The translations under genes and the position numbers were made by a program. Positions 51,408 to 64,000 of a stretch of DNA of 64,000 bases are shown here, piece after piece. Source of the stretch: Lama guanicoe (Eukaryota); assembly GCA_013239625.1 (NCBI GenBank), contig MU056029.1:682001-746000 (forward strand). Direction: 5' to 3'. Within the stretch, counting starts at the first letter, position 1; each line of letters opens with the position of its first letter. Under the pieces are notes generated by a model, which was not told the origin of the DNA, did no database searches, and worked only from the letters and a program-made list of their open reading frames with translations.

Positions 51408-52242
51408 TCTATGTGTGTCCTTCTAAAGTGGTCTCTCGTATGCAGCATATTGTAGGTTCTTCTTCTATTTTCCAGTCTGCCATTCTATGTCTTTTGACTG
51501 GAGCATTTAGTCCATTGACTAAATTATTGATAGATGTGTGTTTATTGCCACTTTGAACTTGTTTTTCAATTTGATTTGGTATTTCCTCTTTGTTCCTTTC
51601 TTTTTCTTTTTGTGGTTTGATAATTTTCTTTTGTATTATCTTGGTTTCTTTTTGGTTTTTGTGACTCTACTTCTGCTTTTGACTTGTGGTTACCTTGTTT
51701 TTTAAGTATAGTGACTGTTTTTTAAGTATATTAAGCTGTTAGAATATCTCTTTGCTTTAAACTAGTAGTCATATAAGCTCAAACCCATCCTAAAGAGAAT
51801 GAAAAAAAAATCTGTATTTTCTAGTTCCCCCTCACAGCATTAATGATTTTGATGTCCTCTTTTACATCTTCATGTTTATTCTGTTGTAACTTATTGTAGC
51901 TATTGCCTTTCCAATTATGGTTTTCTCCTTTCTATAGCGTCCTGCTTCTTTTCTATTTAGAATAGACCTTTCAGTATTTCTTTTAGCATGAGTTTAGTAT
52001 TGCTGAATTCTTTCAGTTTTTGCTTGTCTGTGAAATTCTTTATCTCTCCTTCTATTTTAAAGGATAGACTTGTTGGATAAATTAGCCTATTTTGCAGCTT
52101 TTTCTCATTCAGGACTTTGAATATATCTTGCCACTCCCTTCTGGCCTGTAGTGTTTGTGTAGAGAAGTCAGCTGAGAGCCTTATGGGGGTTCCTGTGACC
52201 TAACTGTGTTTTTCTCTTGCTGCTTTTAGAATCATTTTTTTT

Positions 52243-52737
52243 TTAATCTTTAACTTTGGCCTTCTTGATTATAATGTGTCTTGTAGGCCTATTTGGGTTC
52301 TTCTTGTTGGGGACCCTCTGTGCTTCCTGTACTTGGATATCTGATTCCTTCTTTAGGTTTGGGAAGTTTTCAGCCATGATTTCTTCAATTATCTTTTCAA
52401 TTCCTTTTGCTCTTCCTTCTCCTTCTGAGATCCCTATTATGTGTAGGTTGGCATGCTTTATATTATCCCATAGGTCCCTTATATTGCTTTCATTGGTTTT
52501 TATTTGCTTTTTTGCCTGCTGTTCTGATTGGGTGACTTCTGTTATCCTGTCTTCTAAGTCACTTATTCGTTCCTCTGCATTATCTAGTCTGCTTTTGACT
52601 GCCTTTAGCACAGCTTTTATCCCTGCCATTGAGTTTTCTTTCTTTAATTGGTTCCTCTTTATAGTTTTAATTTCCTTTTTGAAGTATTCTCTGTCTCCAT
52701 TCACAGTCTCTTTTAGTTCCTTCAGCACTGTGATCAC
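52243..52737 (-). pseudogene. L1 ORF1p remnant (coiled coil and RRM start)
   Basis: SRLDNAEERISDLEDR...LWDNIKHANLHIIGISEGE...IMAENFPNL...IQVQEAQRVP. Confidence 0.95.
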
Positions 52738-54729
52738 TCCCTTTTTGAAATCATGATCTAGTAGACTATCAAGGTCTATTTCATTGATTCTTCTTTCAGG
52801 GGATTTCTCTTGTTCTTTAATTGGGAGTGGTTCCTCTGCTTCTTCATTTTACTTATATTTCTCTGGCTGTATGGATTATGGAGTATCAGTTACTTACTGT
52901 GGTCTTGAAGGGATTTTTTAAAAAAGAGGATGCAAAATAAAACTAACGAAAACAAAAATAAAACAAAACAACAAAAAAAACTTTTTAAATTTTTTAAAAT
53001 TTAAAAAGAAAAAAATTAAAAACAAATTAAAATAAATAATAAAAACAAAAATTAAAATAAAAACAAATTTAAATTTTTTTAATTTAAAATAAAATTTAAA
53101 AAAGAAAGACTTAAAAAAAGAATAAAATTAATAATATAAGAAGAAAAATAAAAATAAAATTTAAATAGAAGAAAAGAAAATTTTAAAAAGATTTTAAAAA
53201 TTGAAAGACTAAAAATTAAAAACAAAAGAAAAAGAAAAAAAGAAAGAAAAAAGGAGAATGTGTTCCTGTGTAGACTGTGTGCTTCTAATAATTTTGTCTG
53301 TTTTTAGTGTGGATGGTTGCCAGGTCTTCCTTCCATGTCTTTTGGCTGTTATCCCTTTGACTGGGGGAGTGGCCAATGTTCTGGTGGCCATGGCTATTGA
53401 GCAGGGCCTCTTTATTCAGTGGTTGTCACAGCCCTGACAGGGGCTGAATCTGTTTTCCTTTTGTTGGAATGGAGTCTTCCAGACCCATTCTGAGCTGCAG
53501 TACATAGTAAGTGGGGTTGGAGTGCTTTAAGTACTTTCTGTTGACTCTGCCCTTGTCCCTGCTTTGGCTGCAGGTATGTTAGTGCACTGCTCTGGTGTCC
53601 CCTGGGATCTCTGCCCTCAGAGCTACCAGTCCCATTATGCCAATTTCTGGATCGCACACCTGGATTGTGGTGCACTATTGGATTAGCACTTTTCCCAGCA
53701 CCAAATGCTGCTCCTGTCCTTGCCCCACTGCACAAACTTTGCTTGCTCATTCCAGAAGCCTGTGGGTCATGCCCTCAGTCAGTGCCATTCCCAGCACTGT
53801 GTCCACTCACAGTAGGCACACTTGTAGAAAAGGGCCACACCAGCTCTCCCCCCGCCCCACCACCATGTGCCACAACTCCAGTCCTTGCTCATTTGTCTTA
53901 GAGGTACAAGTCCACAAAGGCACCTGTGGAGCTGAACTGTCCCCTCTGCCTGGGGCTGTACACAAACCTCAGTCCTGCCTGTGAGGTTGCGGAGCCCCTG
54001 GGTGTGGATTCAGGTTTCAACCCCACCTCCCCCAGGGAACCAGCACTAGTGAATATGGTGGCTGTGGCCAAGCCCCACCTCTCTTCTCCCGAGAAGGAGC
54101 CAGCAATGGTGCCATTGGTCTGCAGGGACAAAGGCTACAGTGCCTCTCCTCCCAGCACACACCAGCAGTGTTGCTTTGCTTTTTTAAAAAAAATTTTATG
54201 GGGGATCCAGGCTGATCTATTCTGTATACTCTCCCAGCCCTGGCACACAGCACACTCCAGTCCCCTGAGGTTGCCTCTGCACAGTCGGCCCCAGGCTTGG
54301 GCAGCCTGTCCTATCACATCTTCACCAGTTCACTTCTAGGGCTGGGAAGTCACAGGGACTCTTTGTGCCCATTTCACTTAGTTCTGTTGGTCAAGAGCTG
54401 TTCTGTACAGATCCGAGCCTTGGAGGTTCCCCATCCATCCCTGCTGATCTCTCTGTTGGAGAGGGGGAAACCCAGCATATGAGCACAATTTCTCCTTTGC
54501 CTTTCTCTCCCGGCAGGACTAGTCTGCACTAATTTCTTTTTTCTTCTTCTTTTTTTTCTCCTACCAGATTTGTGATGAATTTTTCCTTTTGAAGTAGGTG
54601 ATCTTCTGTCAAAGTTCAGCAGGTGATCTGAGTGAGTGAATGGATGTGTCTGTGGATGTCTCTCTTGGTATATTTGTGGGAGAGGGTGAGCTAGGAGCAT
54701 CTTTCTACTCTGCCATCTTGGCTGTGCCA

Positions 54730-57700
54730 TGTCCCTAATTCTTATAAAATGTTTAATATAATATGGAAATGGAATCATGTGAGCCTCCTCTGATTTCTTT
54801 CTCAAGAGCCTTTAACTTACAAACTCATTTCTTTAATGGTAATAAGAATATTCAGATTACCTTGTTCATCTTGACTGAGATTTGATAATTTGTAGGGTTT
54901 GAGGAATTAGTCCATTTCTTCTAAATTGTCAGCTTTGTGAATGTAAATTTTTTGTAGTATTCTGTTCTCTTATTATCTTTTTAATGTCTGCAAAATCTGT
55001 AGTCTTAGCCCCTAATACTTACAAAAATGGGAGATGTGTGTTTTCTCTCCTTGTATGTTTGTCATTGTTGGTATAGGTATTTTACTGACTTTTTTTTAAG
55101 AAATAGGTTTTTTGTTTCATTCAGTTTTCTATCATCCTGTTCTCAATATTGTTGATTTCTGTAAGTATCTTTACTCTTTCCTTGCTTCTGCTTCTTTGAG
55201 TTTATATCCTCCCCTTTAAAAAAAATTTCTTGATGGAGGAATATGTATTATTAATTTGAGACCATTTCCTGTTTCTGATGTAAGCTCCTAGCTCTATAAA
55301 TGTTCTTCTCAGCACTGCTTTAGCTGCATTCCACATATTTTATATTTCCCCTGAGACTTCCCCTTTGATCTATGGATTATTTACAAGTGTGTCATTTAAT
55401 TTCCACATGTATAAAGATTTTCCTGTTGTCTGTTATTGATTTCTACTTTGATTCCATTATGGTCAGAGAACACATCATTATTATTTTAATTCTTTTCACT
55501 TTGCTGAGGGTTGTTTTATGTTCCAGGATGTGGTCTATCTTGGGGTATGCTCCATATACTCTTGAATAGAAAGTGTATCTGTTGCTGGGTGGAGTGTTCT
55601 ATATATTTCAGTTAGACCCTAGTGACTGATTGTTGTTTAGGTCTCCTTTATTCTTGTTGATTTGTAGTCTAACAGTTCTGTCAATTGGTGATAAGGGAGT
55701 GATGGAGCCCCCAATCACAACTGTGGATTTGTCTGTCTCCCTTTCAGCTCTAAGTTTTTTGCTTCACATGTACTTTGTGTTTTCTGTTCTTTGTATTTTG
55801 TCATCAAACGTACTCTGTCATTTGGTACATATACACTCAGGATTATTACATCTTCTTGGTGAGTGATTATTTTACCATCATAAGTAATGTCCCTCTTTTC
55901 TTTAGTGCTTGTCTTTGCTTTGAAATCTATTTTATCTGATATTAATGTAGTCACTTCTGATTTTTTTTAACTAATGTGTGTGTGATATATCTTCTTCAAT
56001 CCTTTTACTTTCAGCCTACGAATGTCATTAAATTAAAAGTGAGTTTCTTTTAAATGGCATATAGTTGAGTCATATTTCTTTATAGACTATGCCAATTTCT
56101 GTCTTTTGATTGCTGAATTTAGACTGTTTAGATTTAAGATAATGTTGATATGTTAGGGTTTAAGTCTGCCACTGCATCATTTGTTTTCTGTATATTTATT
56201 CTGTTTCTCATTCCTGTTTCTCTTTTCTTACTTTTCTGTGGATTATTGATTTTTTAAGGCTTTTACTTGATTTATTTTTAGGGGTTTCTGCATAGTTTAC
56301 ATAGTGGCTCTGGGTATTACCATATACGTATGTAACTAATCACCATTCACTGCTATCAGCATTGTATCACTTCGAGTGAAGTGCGAAAAACTGACTTCCA
56401 CTTAGTACCATTTGTTTTCCTCCCTTTTAAATATTGTTTTGAGTTTTGCATTGTATTATAACTTTTGTTTCAATCGTCAAATGTGACTTCTAAAATTCGT
56501 GAAGAAAAGGGTAGTCTATTGCATGCATCCATATTTCTGCTCTTTCTGTTGGCCCTTCTTCCTTGCCAATGCTCCAAGTTTCCATCTTTTATCATTTCCT
56601 TTATAGTGGAGAACTTCTTTCTTTGAGGGTAGGTGTTCTAATGACTTTAATTTTCCTGTGAGAATACCTTTATTTCTTTGTCATTCTTGAAAGATAGCTC
56701 CATTAAATATAGAATTCATTTTTTGAAGGTTCTTTTATTTTAGCACTTGAAATATGTTGAGTCACTTCCTTCTGATTTCCATGGTTTCAGATGAGAAAAT
56801 GTTGAGTCACTTCCTTCTGGTTTCCTTGGTTTCAGATGAGAAATCCACTGTCATTTGAACTGATATTTTCTTAAAGGTAATGTATCATTTCTCTCTAGCT
56901 GCTTTTAGGATATTTTTCTTTGCCTTTAGTTTTCATTATTTTATGTGAGTTGGCATGGATTTCTTTGGATTTATTCTGTTTTAGGTTATTCTGTTTCTTG
57001 AACCTATAGATTTGGATGGATGGATGCAGGTCTTAAATCCTTGTCAGATCATTCCAACATCTGGTTCTTCTTGATACATAGGTCAACTATTTGTCTTTTA
57101 TTATTCAAATTATGATTTCTTTGGTTCTTGGTACAACAAGTGATATTTTGCTGCATCCTGACTTTTTATCCAGGAGACCCTGAGCCCTACATAACCTTTC
57201 ATTTTAGCAGATCGTGGTCCTCTTTCAGTTTAACACTCAGTTCCTGGTCTTGTTGGTGGGCTGTGCTTCCAATGGCAGGTTCATGTTCCAAGCCTTTGCA
57301 GGCTGCATGGTACACATACATGGTGTATATGGTATCCTTGGTGCCCCCCTGATTCCTGCTGGCACTACCTATGAGGCTTGAAGGGTTTTCCTTCAGCTGA
57401 GCCTCTGAATGTCTCTCAGTCAGGTAGGAAGATCAAACAGGCTTTCCAGTTCAGGCTGCTTCCTGAGGCTGTATCTCCTTTGCAGTTTCTGCCTGGAATC
57501 ACCCAGAGGGAGTGGATCTTAGGCCCACCAGGGCAGGGAGACAGACCAGACCAGCCTGGCAGTGTGAGATGAGCCTGCCTGGGCTGTTTTCCTTGGCTAG
57601 GCTTTGTCAGGGAGTGAGGTCTGGGAGCCCTTCCTCTGTTGAGTGGGCAAAGTGCGATGCCCTAATACTGTGCTGTTCCTAAGTCCTGCAGTCCTAAACC

Positions 57701-57760
57701 AGACCATCTTTTTCTAACCACCTCTCAGAGCTCTGCTTTGCTTGTCTCTTGTGTTATTTC
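54730..57760 (-). mobile_element. Older L1M element (ORF2 N-terminal to 5' region), heavily decayed
   Basis: ORF 55715-55954 (LISDKIDFKAK...QEDVIILSVYVPN) is endonuclease-like; T-rich L1 antisense composition throughout. Confidence 0.8.
56754..56843. repeat. 45-bp tandem duplication (2 units, 2 mismatches)
   Basis: ATGTTGAGTCACTTCCTTCTGATTTCCATGGTTTCAGATGAGAAA then ATGTTGAGTCACTTCCTTCTGGTTTCCTTGGTTTCAGATGAGAAA. Confidence 0.95.
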
Positions 57761-58539
57761 CAGGGTTCTCTTGCTATTCATCTTGTTTACTGTTTATCTT
57801 CCACCCCTACCCCTCAACAAATAAAAGCTCCATGTTTGTTTTCTGCTATATCCCAGAGGGCAATAGGTGGTGTCTAGCACCACTGAATAAACTCTCAGGC
57901 AGTTTTCTCTTACTAACAGTGCAACAGAAAAATCACTTGCTTGTGGCTGAAGCAAAGTTACTTCCTGCACAATACACAGTAAGAAAGAACCCTTTGATTT
58001 TTCCCTGATGCCATCAGAAACAGAAAGAAAATGCCTTTCACACCCAAGGTGATACACATTTGCCAGCAGACATCTCTTTTAGGAGGCCCACAGGTATATC
58101 AAATTTCATTAACCTTCCTTCCGAATCTTTCCTTTGTTGTCCAGTATCCATCTGGAACTTAGATAAAGGTGCCCAAACAACTGAAAGAAGCTAGAAATTA
58201 TCCCAGACATCTGTCTTTAATACCAACATGCAACATGTCACCAAGTCATGCTGCCTTTGTCATACATGTATGGATGTAATATAGTATTTTTATGTCTATT
58301 GTCTGTTCTCTTTTCTCTATTCTGCTTTGGTGGGGGTCATTGTCATTTCTGTCCTGGTGAACTTCAGTGCCCCCACCTCATCTCTGAGACTTCTGTTTTG
58401 CTCCTCCCCCATCCACCCACAGCACTGCCTCCTTGGTGGTCTTCTTAAAGTCTGCGTAAGACCTTTCATCTGTGCACAGCAGCCTTAAGTATAACAATAT
58501 TAACAGTTTAATCTCAGACTGCGACTGAATACATCAAAG

Positions 58540-58800
58540 GTGGCCAGTCCAACAGAAATGTGCATTAAGTGTAAACTACACACCAGATTTCAAAGACTTC
58601 ACAAAAAAAGCAAATAAAATATCTCCCTCACAATTTTAGATTGACTACATATATTGAAATGATAGTATTTTGAATATACTGTATTAAAGGAAATACATTG
58701 TTAAAATTAATTTACCTGTTTATTTTTTATTTTTTAATGTGATATTAGAACATTTTAAATTATATAGTGGCCCGCATTCTATTTCTATCCATTATAGTTG
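58540..58800. mobile_element. MER33-like hAT-Charlie element
   Basis: AAGTGTAAACTACACACCAGATTTCAAAGACTT...GTTAAAATTAATTTACCTGTTT...GGCCCGCATTCTATTTCTAT. Confidence 0.8.
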
Positions 58801-59209
58801 TGTCAGATATTAATTACATCTCTACTGCTCCAGCGTGTAAGGCCCTTCCTTTTTCTCTGCTCTGGTCTCTGCCATTCTCCTATGGGATCCTGAATTCTAG
58901 TTTTATTTGACTTCTGGAAGTTACTCGCCCAGCATGATTTACGTAAGTTCCATAGCTTCTCTGTGTCTCTTTCCTCATTTAAATATTGAGCATAATAATA
59001 AAACCTTACTGACAGGGGATTTGTGAGGATTAAATGAAATAATGTGTGTAAGAAACTTGGAAGAGTTTCCAGCTTCAACACTCAACAAACATCAGATATA
59101 AATGTCATTCAAAATGGATCTCCTGAACCACAGAGAAAGGGGCTCCATAGAACTGCTTTCCAGTGAAACAAGCCTAACTGGTAAAAAATTATGTTTTAAA
59201 AAAGTTTAA

Positions 59210-59775
59210 CCCCAATGTTCATAGCAGCACCATTTACAACAGCTAAGACATGGAAACAACCTAAATGTGCATCGACAGATGACTGGATAAAGAAGCTGTG
59301 GTATATTTTTACAATGGAATACTACTCAGCCATAAAAATGACAACATAATGCCATTTGCAGCAACTTGGATGTCCCTGGAGAATGTCATGCTAAGTGAAG
59401 TAAGCCAGAAAGAGAAAGGAAAATACCATATAAGATCGCTCATATGTGGAATCTAAAAAAAAAAAAAGACAAATGAACTTATATATAAAACAGAAACAGA
59501 CCCACAGACATAGAATACAGACTTGTGGTTGCCAGGGCAGAGTCAGGTGGGAAGGGATAAACTAGGAGTTCGAGATTTGTAGATACTGACAGGTATATAT
59601 AGAATAGATAAACAAGTTTATATTGTACAGCACAGGGAAATATATTCAATATCTTGTAGTAGCTCATGGTGAAAAAGAATATGAAAATAAATATGTGTAT
59701 GTTCACGTATGACTGAAGGGTTGTGCTGTACACCAGAAATTGACACACCATTATAAACTGACTATACCTCAATTT
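59210..59775 (+). mobile_element. Lineage-specific L1 3' end with TSD
   Basis: CCCCAATGTTCATAGCAGCAC...ACTGACTATACCTCAAT; AAAAAGTTTAA on both sides. Confidence 0.9.
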
Positions 59776-60069
59776 TTAAAAAGTTTAAATTTCTGGAAGA
59801 CTTCAATTTCAGGTCTAACATCTAACAAACTTGAAAAGTGTCACTCTTATCCTTACCGCAAGTAAAAAGCTGAACAATTTGAAAACCAGTGACTTTTCCT
59901 GGAACCATCAGACAACTACACTCACAGGGCAAACCATCACCCATCATCTGGGAAAACAGGAGAATACAGAGGGGCAGCTGAGGTCTGTTTACTGGGAGCA
60001 GAAGGCACTGGAGCCCTAAACCAGTAGGAACACTCAAAGGGTAGGTTTGACAAGTTGCTGGAGACTCCG

Positions 60070-60520
60070 TGTGTTAGTCAGGGTTCTCAGAGAAACAGAA
60101 CCAATAGGATGTATACATGCACACATGTGTACACATATATATCTGTACAGAGAGAGAGTTTAAATAATCAACACACCCCATTGTGGAGGCTGGCAAGTCC
60201 AAGTCCAGTTTGCAGGGCAGGGCTGAGGGCTGGAGTTCAAAGGGAGATTTGCTGCCGTGGTCTCAAATCCAAAGGCCAATTGGAGGCAGAAATCCTTCTT
60301 GCTCAGTGGAGATCAGTCTTTTTTTCTTAAGGCCTTCAACTGATTGGATGAGGCCCACCCACACCACCCAGGGTAATTTGTTTTACTCAAAGTCTGCCAA
60401 TTTCAATGTTAATATCATCTTTTAAAAATACCTTCATAGCAACATCTAGATGAATATTTGACCAAACAACTGACTGTCACCACCATCAAGCCCAGTAGAA
60501 ACATAAAATGAACCAGTATA
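60070..60520 (-). mobile_element. MLT2-like ERVL solo LTR
   Basis: TGTGTTAGTCAGGGTTCTCAGAGAAACAGAACCAATAGG...GGCCTTCAACTGATTGGATGAGGCCCACCCACA. Confidence 0.85.
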
Positions 60521-62311
60521 CTGAATATGGAATAGCCTGGGCATGAAAACCTTCCAAGGTCCCAGGCTTGGAGGTCACCAGGTGTTTGTGTGTTACCTCC
60601 ATGAATTCCACCAGGTTCCCATGGCAAGATTCAAGAGATGGCCTTTTAATGCTTCAGCAGGGCAGGAAAAACAATCTTTGGGATGTATATACCCCAGGTA
60701 GGGTGTTCTTCACAAGAAGAGCTTACTCTTCAGGGAAAGAATCTGAACCAGAGCCTTATCTGACCTGGGAGAGGCTCCTCCAGGCTCCTGGTCTCCTGTA
60801 AGGGGGTGGAAGCTCCTAGGGGGTGTCAGCCCTGCCCCTGAGCCTGTGTGTGTCTCCGTGCTCCTCAAACATACACAGCAAGATTTAGGATTCCAAGGAC
60901 CAGGGATAATAGAGACAGTTTTGATCTTCCCATGAGCTCCGGTCACCTGACTGTGTAAATTTAGAGCAAGCCTGACACTCAGACACAGGGGCAGAACCCT
61001 GGCTGCTCCCTGGTGAGACCCGTAAGGCTCACTTTGGTCCCAAACAGCCTCTGAACAATAGGACGGGCCCCTGGCCACCTCCGCCTCTCATCTCCTCTGC
61101 CCCACCCCCTCACCAGTGAATCTTTTTATTATGCTAAAATGGGACGTCATTACTGGAATTAGAAAGGAAAATACCAGCTGCTTTGTCCCCAAGGAAGCAC
61201 TAATTAGCCAGCAGCCGTGATCTCAGGCGACAATGGGACATGGGATGTGTGCGGGCTAATTACCAGCTAGCTGCCCCCGCACCCCGGTGGCTCAGGCGCA
61301 GCACCTGCTCTTCAGGGCTGAGGTATTTTTAGAATCTGGAATTTCCCCCTGGCCCTTGTCTTGCTTTTGATGTCTTCATCACACACCTCCTTTTGCAATA
61401 GCTCCCTCGCTGGTCTCTGATTTCTAGCCAACCCTTCTCACACAAAACAGCCAAATCCATCCCCTTAAAACACAGCACCCATCACATAATTTCCCAACCC
61501 CGATTTGTTGGCATAATCCCCGTGCCGCATGTAAATCACAGTCCAGCCCTGAAGGCTTTATATAAATTGACCCAAGCCCACCTTTCCAGCCTCCTGTCAG
61601 CCCCTGCCTTCCTCAGCCCTCCCCTAATCGGCACGTTCACCTCCAACGTGCTCACATAATCAGCACGGGAGCTTTAAAGACAGAAACAAAATGGTACCCA
61701 GATCAGTAAAGAATCTGGAGGGGTGGGGGCAGGGTATGGAGCATTCTAAAAGCTGCCCAGGGGACCTCACAGCCCAGTCTGGACGGAGGACTTGAGAGTA
61801 GGAGGACGTTCAGGAGGGGCTGGAACCAGGCACCGGGGCAGGTCTGTGGAAGGCGTGTACATCCTCCAGCCAAAGCCTAAAACACGGCCCCGTCCCCATG
61901 ATGGGGGTTTTGCCTCCTCCTCTGTTAAGAATTACATCTTCCCTTCAATGCTCACCTGACATCCTGCTCCCCTAACTTTCTGGATTTATCCTGTGAGTGT
62001 GAGGGTCCATCCCTGTGAAGTGTGTTCTGCTCAGGCCAGGTCCTAGTTTGTTACACCCCTTTGGACACTGTCTACACTGCAGTCCAACCTGCAGCCTCCA
62101 CTTCACCTGCCTGACCCAGCTCCCACCTTCTCTCTGCTTACGGGTCTTCGTAACTGTTACATGAACATGCTTCTAACAGGGTGCTCAAATGCACATTTCC
62201 TCCAGGCTTCAAGATACAGGTGAAGTGTGATGGCAGAGTGACATGCCAGACCACCTCGTGCAAAACCTGCAAAAGAAAAATCTCCTTACAGGTTTCACAC
62301 TCTCATCCCTT

Positions 62312-62359
62312 TGAGAGAGAGAAAGACAGAGAGAGACAGAGAGAGACAGAGAGAGAGAG
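62312..62359. repeat. (GA)n / (GAGAGACA)n microsatellite
   Basis: Direct reading. Confidence 0.9.
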
Positions 62360-64000
62360 CAGGGGACCAGTGGGGTGACCCTCCTGACATGAGCAGGGCT
62401 GCCACGCGGTGGACCCCACCCCGTACCACACACCTGGGGAGAGAACTACTTTCTGCTGCAGAGCTACGGAGAGGACGTGTAAGATCTCTCTGGAAGTCTG
62501 GGGTTGGGAGACACCACTAGCTGGGTCTGATGCTCCAGGCGCCCTAGAGGCAGAGGCAGGAGGGTGGGCAGCTGTGGTCCACCCACCATGGTCCACTCTG
62601 TTGGGGGCAGGATGCAGATATGTCTCCTGGACGAGAGAGGGAGCAGGAGGTGCTGCGGGGACGGCTGGGAGTGGGGAGGGCAGAGAGGGAGGAAGGGCAG
62701 GGATGGAGAAGCACAATCCCCTAATGCAACCCCATGACTGCTGGAGAAATTGCAATTAAAGAGGTCCTTGGGCAGGGGGATCTTTTAGGAAAAAAACCCT
62801 GGAAGAAAAGTGTTGGATTCCATCATTTGTGGGTCTGCCTACCTGCCTGGCCAGCTGGTCGCTTCCTGGTCTACCTGACTGAAGTGACTTTCTCCTTCTC
62901 ATAGCTGTCTCCTGGGCCAAGAAATACATTTATTCGAAACCACAATCAGTCTGAAATTAAACAGAAGAGACTGGTCACCAAAAAGAAGGGGAAAGTGTGG
63001 AAAGAAGCCCAATTCCTCCAACTGCCGGCGCTGCCTCGCATCCCATGTCCCCTGGCAGGACCGCTCACAGCTGGGTGTGGGGGTAGGGGGTCCTGCCTGC
63101 TGAGGCTTCAGCTGCAGGTAGAATGCCTTGCACTGGGTTCCTAGCTGACGAACTGCCTGGGATGTACAGTGAAGTCAAGGTCTGCCCAGCTTCTCGGGAG
63201 ACTTGGAAAGGAGCGACCTCCACTGGACAAATAGAGACAGTGGCTGCCTCGTCTGCCATCACTGCCTCTCACATTTCAGGGACGCGTGGCCACCGCCTCA
63301 GCGCCAGCCCCTTAGGAAGCTATCTCCTCATTGCAAAGCTTTGCTTCATTGCTTTTCACGCCAAAGAGCTTTCACGCTATATGTTTTGTTTTGTTTTGTT
63401 TTGCACTCCTTGCACCTACATCAGGGTGCATGTCTTATTTCCCCTCTACCTCACCCTCATCTAGACAGAGACTGGAGCACTGACCCACAGGAACAGCGTC
63501 AGGTAGCATTTATTCTGCATTCACCCTGCACCAGGTACCATGCAAACCACTCTCCCAACCCCCGCCACCCATTGCTGGATTCCTGAAACCTCTCAGGTCA
63601 GCTTATACTGGGGCCATTTTACAGATGAGAAGGCGGAGGCGGACAGAGGTTAATAACCCCAGGAGGTAGCACAGCTGAGATTCCAATGAATGTTCTGCTC
63701 ATTGGAGCACCTGGCACATTGTTGGGCTCCACATGAGGATTTGTTGAGTGAGTAAATGTCTGGTTCTCAATCTACAGCATTTAAGTGCATGTGCAGAAGT
63801 CTCTTCAAACAGTGAAAGTTTGCATCCTTTTTGAAAATAAGCACCCATTTAAATGTATTTCTGAGCCCTATCATTTTATCAGGAATAAACTAAATTAAGG
63901 TTATTTGCTACCCCACTTTCAAAACCAGTTTTAATTTCTGTAAAATGTTAGTTTGAGGTTGACAGTATGGTTCTGTGCTAAAGAATTTTCTAGCCATCAC

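Larger units (their letters stand above)
49841..54728 (-). mobile_element. L1 with 5' UTR, ORF1 and N-terminal ORF2; 3' half missing
   Basis: 5' end GGCACAGCCAAGATGGCAGAGTAG, GC-richer 5' UTR at about 53260-54728, AT-rich spacer at 52915-53255, then ORF1 and endonuclease remnants. Confidence 0.95.

Noticed and set aside
52256..52756. 166-aa hydrophobic plus-strand ORF
   Set aside because: Antisense shadow of L1 ORF1.
52915..53255. A-rich block as a poly(A) tail or novel satellite
   Set aside because: It lies between the L1 5' UTR and ORF1 and is best read as an expanded low-complexity tract of that L1.
1..64000. Non-L1 ORFs of 60-190 aa in the ORF track (e.g. 8415-8957, 39871-40443, 38497-39006, 32019-32507)
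   Set aside because: No recognisable domains, many use non-ATG starts or overlap repeats, and there is no consistent exon chain; compatible with chance ORFs.
1..64000. CRISPR array, operon or other prokaryotic system
   Set aside because: The sequence is mammalian and repeat-rich; no regularly spaced repeat-spacer array was seen.

Overview
Mammalian non-coding genomic DNA (gene desert or large intron), most likely camelid because of two Vic-1-like tRNA-derived SINEs and cetartiodactyl-type L1 3' ends. I find no credible host protein-coding gene. Apart from L1 ORF1/ORF2 remnants (47.7-56 kb), the ORF track looks like chance or antisense-shadow ORFs. The window is dominated by retroelements: many 5'-truncated L1 3' ends (several with visible target-site duplications), a nested L1 block at about 49.4-57.7 kb, six ERV1-type solo LTRs (three of one family), MaLR/ERVL LTRs, and old DNA transposons (MER82, MER3, MER33, MER5-like). 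Best observations: (1) a tailless 5'-half tRNA-Cys retrocopy with a perfect 16-bp TSD that itself resembles the missing tRNA continuation; (2) a degenerate retroviral env TM remnant with PPT and 3' LTR that the ORF track misses; (3) a twin-primed inverted L1 inside that LTR; (4) a 45-bp tandem duplication that doubles an ETS/AP-1 composite site. I cannot support a claim of a wholly new biological system. Repeat family names are from memory and boundaries of old repeats are approximate.
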